Source: an uncultured Christensenella sp. (GTDB lineage Bacteria; Bacillota; Clostridia; Christensenellales; UBA1242). From it: a stretch of DNA of 64,000 nt. Where the stretch lies: NCBI GenBank assembly GCA_964573405.1, contig CAZNJK010000002.1:12710-76709 (forward strand). Reading direction: 5' to 3'. A program made the position numbers and the translations under genes. Under the pieces are notes generated by a model. The model had not been told where the DNA came from. It saw nothing but the letters and a program-made list of their open reading frames with translations, and did no database searches. Position 1 is the first letter of the stretch. The number at the start of each line of letters is the position of its first letter. Positions 24,548-32,525 of the stretch are shown here, piece after piece.

Positions 24548-25903
24548 TTATCCTTCCTTTTTGTTTTTATTGTTGTCCACTTTTTTGTGGCTAACTGTTT
24601 TATTTCGATTGCTTTTTACTAGCTTTTTGTCGTCATTTTCACCTAAAACTATTATGTCATTTTGCGGATTAAAATCATCTCGCACATCGCTCATTATTTT
24701 CTCGTGGTTTTGCAAATATTTTATGAGTTGCTTTCGAGTGTACTCTTCATTGAGTGGCATTATAATCGAACTCAGAATATCGCCCACTGCAATACAAATA
24801 AATACTGGCACCATACTTCCAAAAAGCCCGAACAGAGTTGCAAATATGACCGATATGTCCGATGTATTTTCTCTGAAGAACAGTGCTTCGTTGCTCACCC
24901 CCATAATTCGGCATTTTGGTAGAAGCCTAGAGAGTGCGTATGTGCATATAAATCCAAATAGGATTCCCAGTACCGCCATTGCGACATAGTACCACACGAA
25001 GTTGGGGAATAGCACAATTCCTATGATTATAAGTCCACTCACAATCCCGCTCACAATAATCAGCGGAGTTGTGTCTTTCTTGCTGTCAAAATACGAGAAT
25101 AGGTAACACCCAACCCCGTAACAAGCGTTATACAATGCATTAATGTACCCCGCCGAACCATACGAACTGGTCTCCAAAAATATATGTATGTTAAAAGCAT
25201 TGCCGAGCACATCTTGTAAGCAGAAGAAGAAATATGTTATAGCATATGCTATTAAAACTTTCTTCGAAAATTCTTTTGATTTTTTACTCAACTCTGGGTT
25301 TTTCTCGTAAAGCAGTTGAGCATTTGAAATGGAGTCTTTATTGAAAGTTTTGGAATTGTGACTCTTGACATAATACACAACTAGCGGGATTACCGACACT
25401 CCATAGATGACTATCGATATGATTGTAATAAGCGTCTTATCTACATCAAGCATCACGCCACCAACAACCAATGCTATAAGCACCCCTACTTGTTCCATCA
25501 ACCTTGAAAATCCGAGCGGGCTTTTTTCTTCGTCCGATTCAGAAGACGAGTAGTTAAACAATATCTCAATAGGCAAGCACTTAAAACTATTGTCGATTCC
25601 GTAAAATATTACTGTGCCTATTATCCCCACCCAAAGAAGTGAGTCTATAAGAATAATGCTAATGCTATATCCCAGTACTGTCACGATTCTAAAAAGCAAT
25701 ATAATTTGCGGATACTTCTCATAAAGGCGTCGGAATAAAAAGTTAAATAAAATTCGCACCCCATACATTAGGATAATCGACAACATTCCATATGCAACAT
25801 TACCCGTCGCTTGCAACACAATAAGCGGAATAAAAGCCCCGACTAGGTTGGTAGCAACATTGGCAAGTATCTTGTAAAAATTAAGTAACTTCAGTTGTTG
25901 CAT
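24548..25903 (-). CDS. MFS-type transporter with Lys-rich C-terminal tail
   Basis: 451 aa with about 12 hydrophobic helices. Ends 4 nt upstream of degV, so the two form an operon. The C-terminal ~60 aa are hydrophilic (KKLVKSNRNKTVSHKKVDNNKNKKEG). Confidence 0.6.
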   Translation of the reverse strand: MQQLKLLNFYKILANVATNLVGAFIPLIVLQATGNVAYGMLSIILMYGVRILFNFLFRRLYEKYPQIILLFRIVTVLGYSISIILIDSLLWVGIIGTVIFYGIDNSFKCLPIEILFNYSSSESDEEKSPLGFSRLMEQVGVLIALVVGGVMLDVDKTLITIISIVIYGVSVIPLVVYYVKSHNSKTFNKDSISNAQLLYEKNPELSKKSKEFSKKVLIAYAITYFFFCLQDVLGNAFNIHIFLETSSYGSAGYINALYNACYGVGCYLFSYFDSKKDTTPLIIVSGIVSGLIIIGIVLFPNFVWYYVAMAVLGILFGFICTYALSRLLPKCRIMGVSNEALFFRENTSDISVIFATLFGLFGSMVPVFICIAVGDILSSIIMPLNEEYTRKQLIKYLQNHEKIMSDVRDDFNPQNDIIVLGENDDKKLVKSNRNKTVSHKKVDNNKNKKEG

Positions 25904-26005
25904 TGTTTTAATTTTACTCCCTTTAAAATTTCATAGATAATATAACATAAAAAAATGCGATTAACAAATTAATAAAACCAATTTTCAAAAATTGTGCAAT
26001 TTAAC

Positions 26006-26129
26006 AAAAAAAAATCACATTCGCTAAAGAATGTGATTTAGACGGGAGACGGGTACCTCCCGCTACCTAAATATGTGTATGTATATAGGTAGAATGAAAA
26101 ATGGAAAAACATTTTATTATCTAAAATGC
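26006..26129 (-). ncRNA. Candidate ~125-nt structured small RNA or 5' leader (promoter to intrinsic terminator)
   Basis: Four hairpins on the minus strand. H1: CAUUUUA-GAUAA-UAAAAUG (26110-26128). H2: UACCUAUAU...AUAUUUAGGUA (26064-26091). H3: CGGGAG-GUACCCGU-CUCCCG (26041-26063). H4: an 11-bp stem AAAUCACAUUC/GAAUGUGAUUU followed by a U-run (26006-26039). Confidence 0.45.
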
Positions 26130-26135
26130 ACCTAT

Positions 26136-26164
26136 ATAATATCATTAAAACACCCCCTTGTCAA
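26136..26164 (-). promoter_or_regulatory. Near-consensus sigma-A promoter driving the candidate RNA
   Basis: On the minus strand: TTGACA (26164-26159), a 17-nt spacer agggggtgttttaatga, then TATTAT (26141-26136). Confidence 0.65.
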
Positions 26165-26861
26165 TACCCTTTTTCGCAAAAAATTGTGATTTTTTCATTT
26201 TTTTTAACACTTTTTGTTTCGAGCACTATTTTCATTTCTTAGCCTTTCCGTTTTTCAATCTTAAAAATGGTGTATTTTTTGTTGTATATTTCAAAAAAAA
26301 TTCCACAATTTAAATTCACCTACAACCGCCCAAGCATACTATTACAAGGCTTAGCGATATACTTTATCTGAAACTTTTTTCAATTTGCAACATTCCTTTT
26401 ATCTTCCATTTTACAGTTTTAATAACAATCATAATTAAAGACAACAATGGTCACCATTTTACAATATTACAAATTTAATTACTTTTGACTTTTTGTCAAT
26501 AAATATGTTGTTTTTTGTCAAAATGTTCATCGTTTTTGATAGTAAGTCGGTCTTAATTATTTTATTAATTTATTCATACAAAGTTTGCAAGGACATAAAA
26601 AATGGTGTGAATATATCACACCATTCGTTCCACTTATTATTGTGGATATTTAGAAACATATCACTGTTTCTACTATTATGATATGTCGTTTTAATTAAAT
26701 TATTCACAAATTTTAAAAAATTCTATAGAAAAATTTTACAATACAAAAGTATTTCAATAAAAAAATATTTTTAATAATAAATTTAAATAAAAATTTTAAA
26801 TAAAAAAAATTTAATATCAAAAACACTCACTTTTGAATAATATGGAATGTGGAGGTGAATT

Positions 26862-26993
26862 ATGTTTTTCTATTTTAATTCTTGTAGGTGTAGGCAGTAT
26901 TCTTGTTGTAATGCATATAGCAATTGTCCTTGCCGAAATGCATTTTCTAGATGTGGCGGATTACAAAACTTCAACTACAACAATTTTTTATGA
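26862..26993 (+). CDS. Unannotated 43-aa Cys-rich micro-protein
   Basis: SD GGAGGTG (26851-26857) lies 4 nt before the ATG at 26862. Translation: MFFYFNSCRCRQYSCCNAYSNCPCRNAFSRCGGLQNFNYNNFL (7 Cys). An 11-bp hairpin lies downstream at 27066-27091. The frame differs from the listed 26833..27015 ORF, which has no SD. Confidence 0.5.
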   Translation: MFFYFNSCRCRQYSCCNAYSNCPCRNAFSRCGGLQNFNYNNFL

Positions 26994-27205
26994 TGATTTT
27001 TTTAAGATTAATTAGTCACGCTACACATTTTAATCACAATATAAGTATTGGAAATTTTAATCATAGTTTAAGCATTTTTTAATGCTTAAACTTACATATT
27101 AACTTTATGCAATTTTCACAAATTTTTGATATTGCATATTTTTTATCTCTTTTTTATATGTTTTTTAGTTAAAATTTGCTACACTCTAGTTTAATGGGGG
27201 TTAAT

Positions 27206-27832
27206 ATGAAAAAAGCAATTTTTATAACACTTGAAGGTGGCGAGGGCGTAGGGAAAAGCACTCAACTCAATTTTTTGGGCGAATGGTTTAAAGCCCACAA
27301 TATGCCATTCATCACAACGCACGAACCGGGCGGAACACCACTCGGCGAAGAAGTTAGAAAAATTTTAAAACACGCCGATTACAAAATCACGCCACGGAGC
27401 GAACTATTTTTGTTGAATGCTTGCCGTGCCGAACTTGTGGACGATGTAATAATTCCGGCACTAAGTAGCGGTGTGAGTGTAATAAGCGACCGATACCTCG
27501 ATACTTGCATTGCATATCAGTACTATGCTAGAGGCATTGAATACGACAAAGTAAAAGATATGACCGAATACGCCATATCCAACAACTACCCTACAATCAC
27601 TTTTTGGCTAGACCTACCACCTATTGACGCATTTAGACGGAAAATGGGCGCTGACGAAAATGACAGATTTGAACAATCTGGGCTGGATTTTCACAACAAG
27701 GTGTACAACGGCTACAAAGAAATGCACGCTCAAAATCCCGACCGCATAAAACGAATTGACGCAAGCAAGTCCGCCGAAGAAGTGAAAGAAGAAATCGAAA
27801 AGTATCTTGACGAATTGTTTTTGGATAACTAA
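27206..27832 (+). CDS. tmk: Thymidylate kinase
   Basis: MKKAIFITLEGGEGVGKSTQ (P-loop) and DRYLDTCIAYQ. The ATG at 27206 follows GGGGG plus 5 nt, so the listed start at 27176 is less likely. Confidence 0.9.
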   Translation: MKKAIFITLEGGEGVGKSTQLNFLGEWFKAHNMPFITTHEPGGTPLGEEVRKILKHADYKITPRSELFLLNACRAELVDDVIIPALSSGVSVISDRYLDTCIAYQYYARGIEYDKVKDMTEYAISNNYPTITFWLDLPPIDAFRRKMGADENDRFEQSGLDFHNKVYNGYKEMHAQNPDRIKRIDASKSAEEVKEEIEKYLDELFLDN

Positions 27833-28036
27833 ATCCTTTAAGTATTAATTACATTTTTAGTAATTTTTATAGTTTTGAGCATATTGTTTACAATTTTTAG
27901 TAATCAATTATATTTATTACCTTTAAAAAGTTGTTATTGCATTAAAAATTACAAATAGTTAATGACATCTTAAAATCTAGCGTTTGATATTTATTTTTCA
28001 TCTTTAATGTGTTTATTTCTTTACGTTAATAAAAAA

Positions 28037-28063
28037 AGCATTTTGGAATTACTCCAAAATGCT
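28037..28063. terminator. Bidirectional intrinsic terminator
   Basis: AAAAAAA-AGCATTTTGGA-attac-TCCAAAATGCT-TTTT. It lies directly after the rlmH stop (28066) and downstream of tmk. Confidence 0.7.
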
Positions 28064-28065
28064 TT

Positions 28066-28524
28066 TTATTTGTGATATGGCATTCCATTAATTATTGTAA
28101 ACGCCCTATATATTTGTTCGCTTAGCACAACTCTGAAAAGTTGGTGCGGGAATGTGATTTTGCCAAAACTTAGCGTCATATTTGACTTATTAAGCACTTC
28201 CTTGCTTAGCCCGTTACTTCCGCCTATAAGAAAGGTAATCTCGCTAACTCCACCCACCATACTCGACTTCATCTCATTTGCGAGTTCTTCACTAGTCAGC
28301 ATTTTTCCCCTGCTATCTAGCGCTATAATATATCCTTTTGCTTTAGATAGTAAAAGTGCGCCTTCTAATTCACTTTTCTCGTCCAAGTTCTTATAATTTG
28401 TGGCTTCATTCACTTCTACAATTTTGAAATCGCAAAATTTACTCAGCCTTTTTGAATATTCCATTATGGCATCAGTAAAAAACTTCTCTTTAATTTTCCC
28501 CACTGCAACGATGTTTATTTTCAT
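28066..28524 (-). CDS. rlmH: 23S rRNA (pseudouridine1915-N3)-methyltransferase RlmH (SPOUT)
   Basis: MKINIVAVGKIKEKFFTDAIMEYSKRL...LSFGKITFPHQLFRVVLSEQIYRAFTIINGMPYHK. The start is probably at MKINIV (28524) rather than 28578. Confidence 0.85.
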   Translation of the reverse strand: MKINIVAVGKIKEKFFTDAIMEYSKRLSKFCDFKIVEVNEATNYKNLDEKSELEGALLLSKAKGYIIALDSRGKMLTSEELANEMKSSMVGGVSEITFLIGGSNGLSKEVLNKSNMTLSFGKITFPHQLFRVVLSEQIYRAFTIINGMPYHK

Positions 28525-28609
28525 ATTTTTCTCACTTTTTGTATTTGTAATTCCATTATACAACAAAAAGCACATCAAGTAAATTACTTAATGTGCTACT
28601 TTTTTATTT

Positions 28610-30631
28610 TTAAGCCATTTCTTCCAATTGACTAGGATGTTTTTTGAAAAAGTCTTGTTTAGGCTCCAAAAAGTTAGGCTTATAATTCAACTTATCTTCC
28701 ACAAAATCATAAATTGGCGCGTCAATATGATCCCAGCTAAATACATTCTCTTTTAATTTTAGGAATTTTGCCAAATTCTCTGCACTTCCAGGGACTACTG
28801 GGTGCAACAAAACCATTGCAACCTTACAATAATGCAAGGTGTCTATTATTGTTTGTTTTTTCAATTCAACATCATTATTTGAATCCGCTAGATTAATATT
28901 TTTCACCCAATATTTATTGGTGTTTCTTATAAGACTATCTAGTTCGTACATCACCATATGGAATTTGTTTTCTTTCATAAGTTTTTCATATTTCAATATG
29001 CTTAATATGCAGTCTTTTTGCACTTGCTCACTTACTTCACCATAAGGTACAACCCCGTCAAAATCTTTCTGCCAAGTGTAAAATAGGCTTCTAAGTACGC
29101 GGTTGTACACATTTGTAAGTAGATTTCCGTCCTTTAGCACTGGGTCGGCTTCGTCATCTTTTGCATCCGGATTAAATGGCTTTGGCATAAACGACACAGA
29201 TGTGTTACCTACGCTTAGTCCCATAAAGTGCATACGAAGTTGGTCGGAAGTGTAATGTTCCAAAAGTTCGCTCGGACTAGGGGCTTTAACTTTGCCACTA
29301 CTACTTGCTTTTGCACCCAAAAACATATTGAACTTATTTACAATCAAATTACTCATTTGAAGTTCACCCTCTGGTGCCGGAAGCACTGGAGTTCCGCCTT
29401 GAGTAGCAAGCCACATAGAGTGTTGCGGAATTCCATAGAATTGCATATTGTCTTCGCCCAAAACTTGCCAAATTGTACTATCGTGGCTACACCACCAATC
29501 TTTCCAACTATCGTCCGACTTGCCAAGTTCTTTTAGATAAGTCCGAGTAAACGATATTGGAGCCCATAGGCTTTCTGGCCAGCAATAAAAGGTAAGGTTG
29601 TCAAGCCCGTCCTTTTTAGGAACAGGCACACCCCACTCAATATTTCCACTCATTCTAAATGGTGTCAAGGTCTTGCCTGTGCGATATTTCACATCGTATT
29701 GCCCCAAGATTTTGCACGCTTGCTCCCTAAGGTCTATTTTGTCAAACGAAAGCACAAAACTAGCCTTTGACTTGTCTTCTCTAAATTCGTGTTTTGGAAG
29801 CACTTCCATCAATTTTGAGTTGTATATATCCAAAAATTCTTTCTTTATATATATCTCTGGTTTTTTCAAAAATTCTTTAAGTTCTTTTACTACAAAAGGT
29901 CTAATCGGTGTATTCTTTTCTACATATTCAAGCCATTTTGTTACATTTTCAAGGTCTTCATCAAGGTCGTAGTACCAATTGGTGATTTCTTTTAGCGTAG
30001 GTTTTGTGCCACTCAATGTCGAAATAGGGTCAATTAGGTCTTGCGGAGAATATTGGTGCCCAAAATCGCACTCGTCAGCATATCCTTTTTCGCTTGTGCA
30101 ACCTTCGTATGGGCATTTGCCAAGTACTTGACGGCCATTAAGGAATGTGTTTTGCTTCTCATCAAAAAATTGCAAGGTCGACATTTTCTTTAAATGCCCA
30201 CCATTGTACAACTTTTCAAAAAACTCCGCACTGGTCTTCTTATGAATCTCCTTCGCTGGTTCTAGCGCTGAGCCGTAATATCTATTAAACAAAATTTCGT
30301 AATCGTTCCAGTCCTTAATGTGGCTATTGTACTTCTCCACAATCATATCTTCAATTGTGCCCGAATATCCGTTTTCCACCATTTTTCGATATCCTTCTAG
30401 ACTAGGACTTCCATAACAATCCGAACCAGACACAAAAATCACATTCTCCTTGCCTATCCTATCACGCAAAAATCTTGCCATTAAATCAGCATAAAAAGCC
30501 ATTCCTAGCACGTGCCCGTAATGTAGGTTTTTGTTTCCATAAGGCATTCCCGCTGTCACAACTGCTCGACTGGTGAATTTTGGCCTAAATTCAATCATTC
30601 GCTTCAATCTTTCGTCATTAAAATCTTTCAT
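28610..30631 (-). CDS. metG: Methionyl-tRNA synthetase-like class I aminoacyl-tRNA ligase (divergent KMSKS)
   Basis: MPYGNKNLHYGHVLGMAFYADLMARFLR...VSGSDCYGSP aligns with the MetRS HIGH region. Zinc knuckle: CPYEGCTSEKGYADECDFGHQYSP. The KMSKS position reads GAKASSSGKV. Confidence 0.65.
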   Translation of the reverse strand: MKDFNDERLKRMIEFRPKFTSRAVVTAGMPYGNKNLHYGHVLGMAFYADLMARFLRDRIGKENVIFVSGSDCYGSPSLEGYRKMVENGYSGTIEDMIVEKYNSHIKDWNDYEILFNRYYGSALEPAKEIHKKTSAEFFEKLYNGGHLKKMSTLQFFDEKQNTFLNGRQVLGKCPYEGCTSEKGYADECDFGHQYSPQDLIDPISTLSGTKPTLKEITNWYYDLDEDLENVTKWLEYVEKNTPIRPFVVKELKEFLKKPEIYIKKEFLDIYNSKLMEVLPKHEFREDKSKASFVLSFDKIDLREQACKILGQYDVKYRTGKTLTPFRMSGNIEWGVPVPKKDGLDNLTFYCWPESLWAPISFTRTYLKELGKSDDSWKDWWCSHDSTIWQVLGEDNMQFYGIPQHSMWLATQGGTPVLPAPEGELQMSNLIVNKFNMFLGAKASSSGKVKAPSPSELLEHYTSDQLRMHFMGLSVGNTSVSFMPKPFNPDAKDDEADPVLKDGNLLTNVYNRVLRSLFYTWQKDFDGVVPYGEVSEQVQKDCILSILKYEKLMKENKFHMVMYELDSLIRNTNKYWVKNINLADSNNDVELKKQTIIDTLHYCKVAMVLLHPVVPGSAENLAKFLKLKENVFSWDHIDAPIYDFVEDKLNYKPNFLEPKQDFFKKHPSQLEEMA

Positions 30632-30811
30632 AACACTCCTTTATAACACCGCTTTTCTTACATTAATTTTAGCATATAATACCATAAAACCACATAATTG
30701 TAAACACAATTTACTTAAAAATAAAGCCTTTATATTTTATAACAAATATGTAACACATATTTTTATCGTCGCATATTATGGAATGACCAACTAATTATAA
30801 GGAGATTGATT

Positions 30812-31108
30812 ATGTCTTGTTTTAACAACAACTGTTGCAATAATGGTTGCAACAACAACGAAAATATAAATCGCACAACAATAATCCGAGGGTTAACTGG
30901 TGCAACAGGTCCTACTGGGCCTACTGGTCCAACCGGTCCAACCGGACCTACTGGTGAAGCGGGCGAAACCTCTACACTTACAATCGGAACCGTTACCACT
31001 GGCGAGCCTGGAACTGACGCTAGCGCAACAATCACCGGCACTGCCCCAAACTATGTTTTAAATCTTACAATCCCACGAGGAGCCACAGGAGCATCCGCCG
31101 AAACATAA
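30812..31108 (+). CDS. Short collagen-like (BclA-like) protein with Cys/Asn-rich N-terminus
   Basis: SD AAGGAG lies 7 nt before the ATG at 30812. Sequence: MSCFNNNCCNNGCNNNENINRTT, then 9 G-X-Y triplets (GLT GAT GPTx5 GEA GET), then a ~45-aa beta-rich tail TIGTVTTGEPGTDASATITGTAPNYVLNLTIPRGATGA, typical of collagen-fibre trimerisation modules. Confidence 0.75.
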   Translation: MSCFNNNCCNNGCNNNENINRTTIIRGLTGATGPTGPTGPTGPTGPTGEAGETSTLTIGTVTTGEPGTDASATITGTAPNYVLNLTIPRGATGASAET

Positions 31109-31290
31109 GCAAAACACCCACTAACAAGGGGTTAAATAAATCACAAAGCCCCAAACTATGGGGCTTTAATTTAACAATTCCACAATATTCTTACACAAAA
31201 CAAATTAGCATTTATTGACAAAAAGTCAACACTTGATGACAAATAATTATTCATTAATGGCAATAAAATATAAATTATTCGGAGTAAACA

Positions 31291-32358
31291 ATGCCTACAA
31301 TCAGCCTATGTATGATAGTAAAAAATGAGAGCGATGTTATAGAGAGATGTTTAAAAGGTGTACAAAAACTAGTAGATGAAATTATAATAGTCGATACAGG
31401 CTCCTCTGACAACACAAAAGAGATATGCGAAAAATACACCAACAAAATATATGACTTTAAATGGGTTCACGACTTCTCTCAAGTCCGAAACTATTCTTTT
31501 TCAAAAGCCACGTGCGATTATATTATGTGGCTCGACGCAGATGATGTGGTCCCAAAATCATCATTAAGAAGATTGCTTGACTTGAAGCCCTATTTGACTA
31601 GTGACACATATATGCTTAATTACACAACGGGATTTATAGAAAATCGTCCCACATTTTCATTTTATAGAGAGCGAATTATGAAAAATTGCCCGTCCGCAAA
31701 ATGGGAAGGCTGTGTGCACGAATGCATCACTCCTTTCGGGAAAGTGGAGAAATTAAACATCTCAATTGAACACCGAAAGATAAAAAATTCAAACCCAAAT
31801 AGAAACATTAAAATATACTCCAAAATATTAAAAAGTCGACAACTAAAACCTAGGGAATTGTACTACTATGGGCGAGAACTTTTTGACCACTCTTATTACA
31901 AAAAATGCATAACGATTTTAAAAAAGTTCATTGCACAAAAAGATGTCTGGGTGGAAAATATAATTGACGCATTATGCATTATTTCCACTTGCTATCACCA
32001 ACTTGAATTGTATGAATTAGAGTTAAAATATCTTTTTTCTACTTTTACTTACTCTCCACCTCGCTCAAAAATCTGTTGTAAAATCGGAGACTATTTTATT
32101 TTAAAGAAACAATACAATTTGTCAACATATTGGTACTTATTGGCAATAACTAATAAAAATGTGTCAAATAATAGCGGTTTTGTAGAAAAAATATATTTTG
32201 ATTATTATCCTTATATGCAACTTTGTTTCGCGTATTTTCAAATAGGTGACATCGAAAAAAGCGAGTTGTATAACTTAAAAGCACACAAAATAATGCCCAC
32301 AATTGACACTAAAAATAATTTAAAATTTTTTTTACAATATCACAACTCTAGAGCATAA
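31291..32358 (+). CDS. Family 2 glycosyltransferase with helical (TPR-like) C-terminal domain
   Basis: ISLCMIVKNESDVIERCL...IIIVDTGSSDNT...WLDADD (GT-A fold with DxD). The C-terminal half is helical-repeat-like. Confidence 0.8.
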   Translation: MPTISLCMIVKNESDVIERCLKGVQKLVDEIIIVDTGSSDNTKEICEKYTNKIYDFKWVHDFSQVRNYSFSKATCDYIMWLDADDVVPKSSLRRLLDLKPYLTSDTYMLNYTTGFIENRPTFSFYRERIMKNCPSAKWEGCVHECITPFGKVEKLNISIEHRKIKNSNPNRNIKIYSKILKSRQLKPRELYYYGRELFDHSYYKKCITILKKFIAQKDVWVENIIDALCIISTCYHQLELYELELKYLFSTFTYSPPRSKICCKIGDYFILKKQYNLSTYWYLLAITNKNVSNNSGFVEKIYFDYYPYMQLCFAYFQIGDIEKSELYNLKAHKIMPTIDTKNNLKFFLQYHNSRA

Positions 32359-32440
32359 AATTACTAACCTTAATAAGGAAAATAAACATAAAAAAACACA
32401 TCACTTAAAAGTATGAAATTTGAAATTAAATTAAGCGACA

Positions 32441-32479
32441 AAAAAATAGGAAGACTTTAAAATTTTCTTCCTATTTTTT
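32441..32479. terminator. Bidirectional intrinsic terminator
   Basis: A-run, then ATAGGAAGA, an 11-nt loop, TCTTCCTAT and a T-run. It lies between the stops at 32358 (+) and 32526 (-). Confidence 0.7.
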
Positions 32480-32525
32480 AATTTTACATAATTTATTGCG
32501 ACGTTTTTATAATTGTTTATTATAA

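Noticed and set aside
26493-27015. Listed ORFs 26493..26681 (62 aa) and 26833..27015 (60 aa).
   Set aside because: Neither has a ribosome-binding site, and both use alternative starts. The second overlaps, in another frame, a shorter ORF that does have a strong SD (26862..26993).
30632-30811. A T-box leader upstream of the MetRS-like gene.
   Set aside because: The spacer is only about 180 nt and is shared with the divergent collagen-like gene. I found no T-box consensus (AGGGTGGTACCGCG-like) and no terminator/antiterminator pair.
30763-31041. Minus-strand ORF of 92 aa with PVGPVGPVGPVG repeats.
   Set aside because: It is a mirror image of the GPT collagen repeats of the plus-strand gene, which has a strong SD and a sensible domain layout. 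The antisense ORF has neither.
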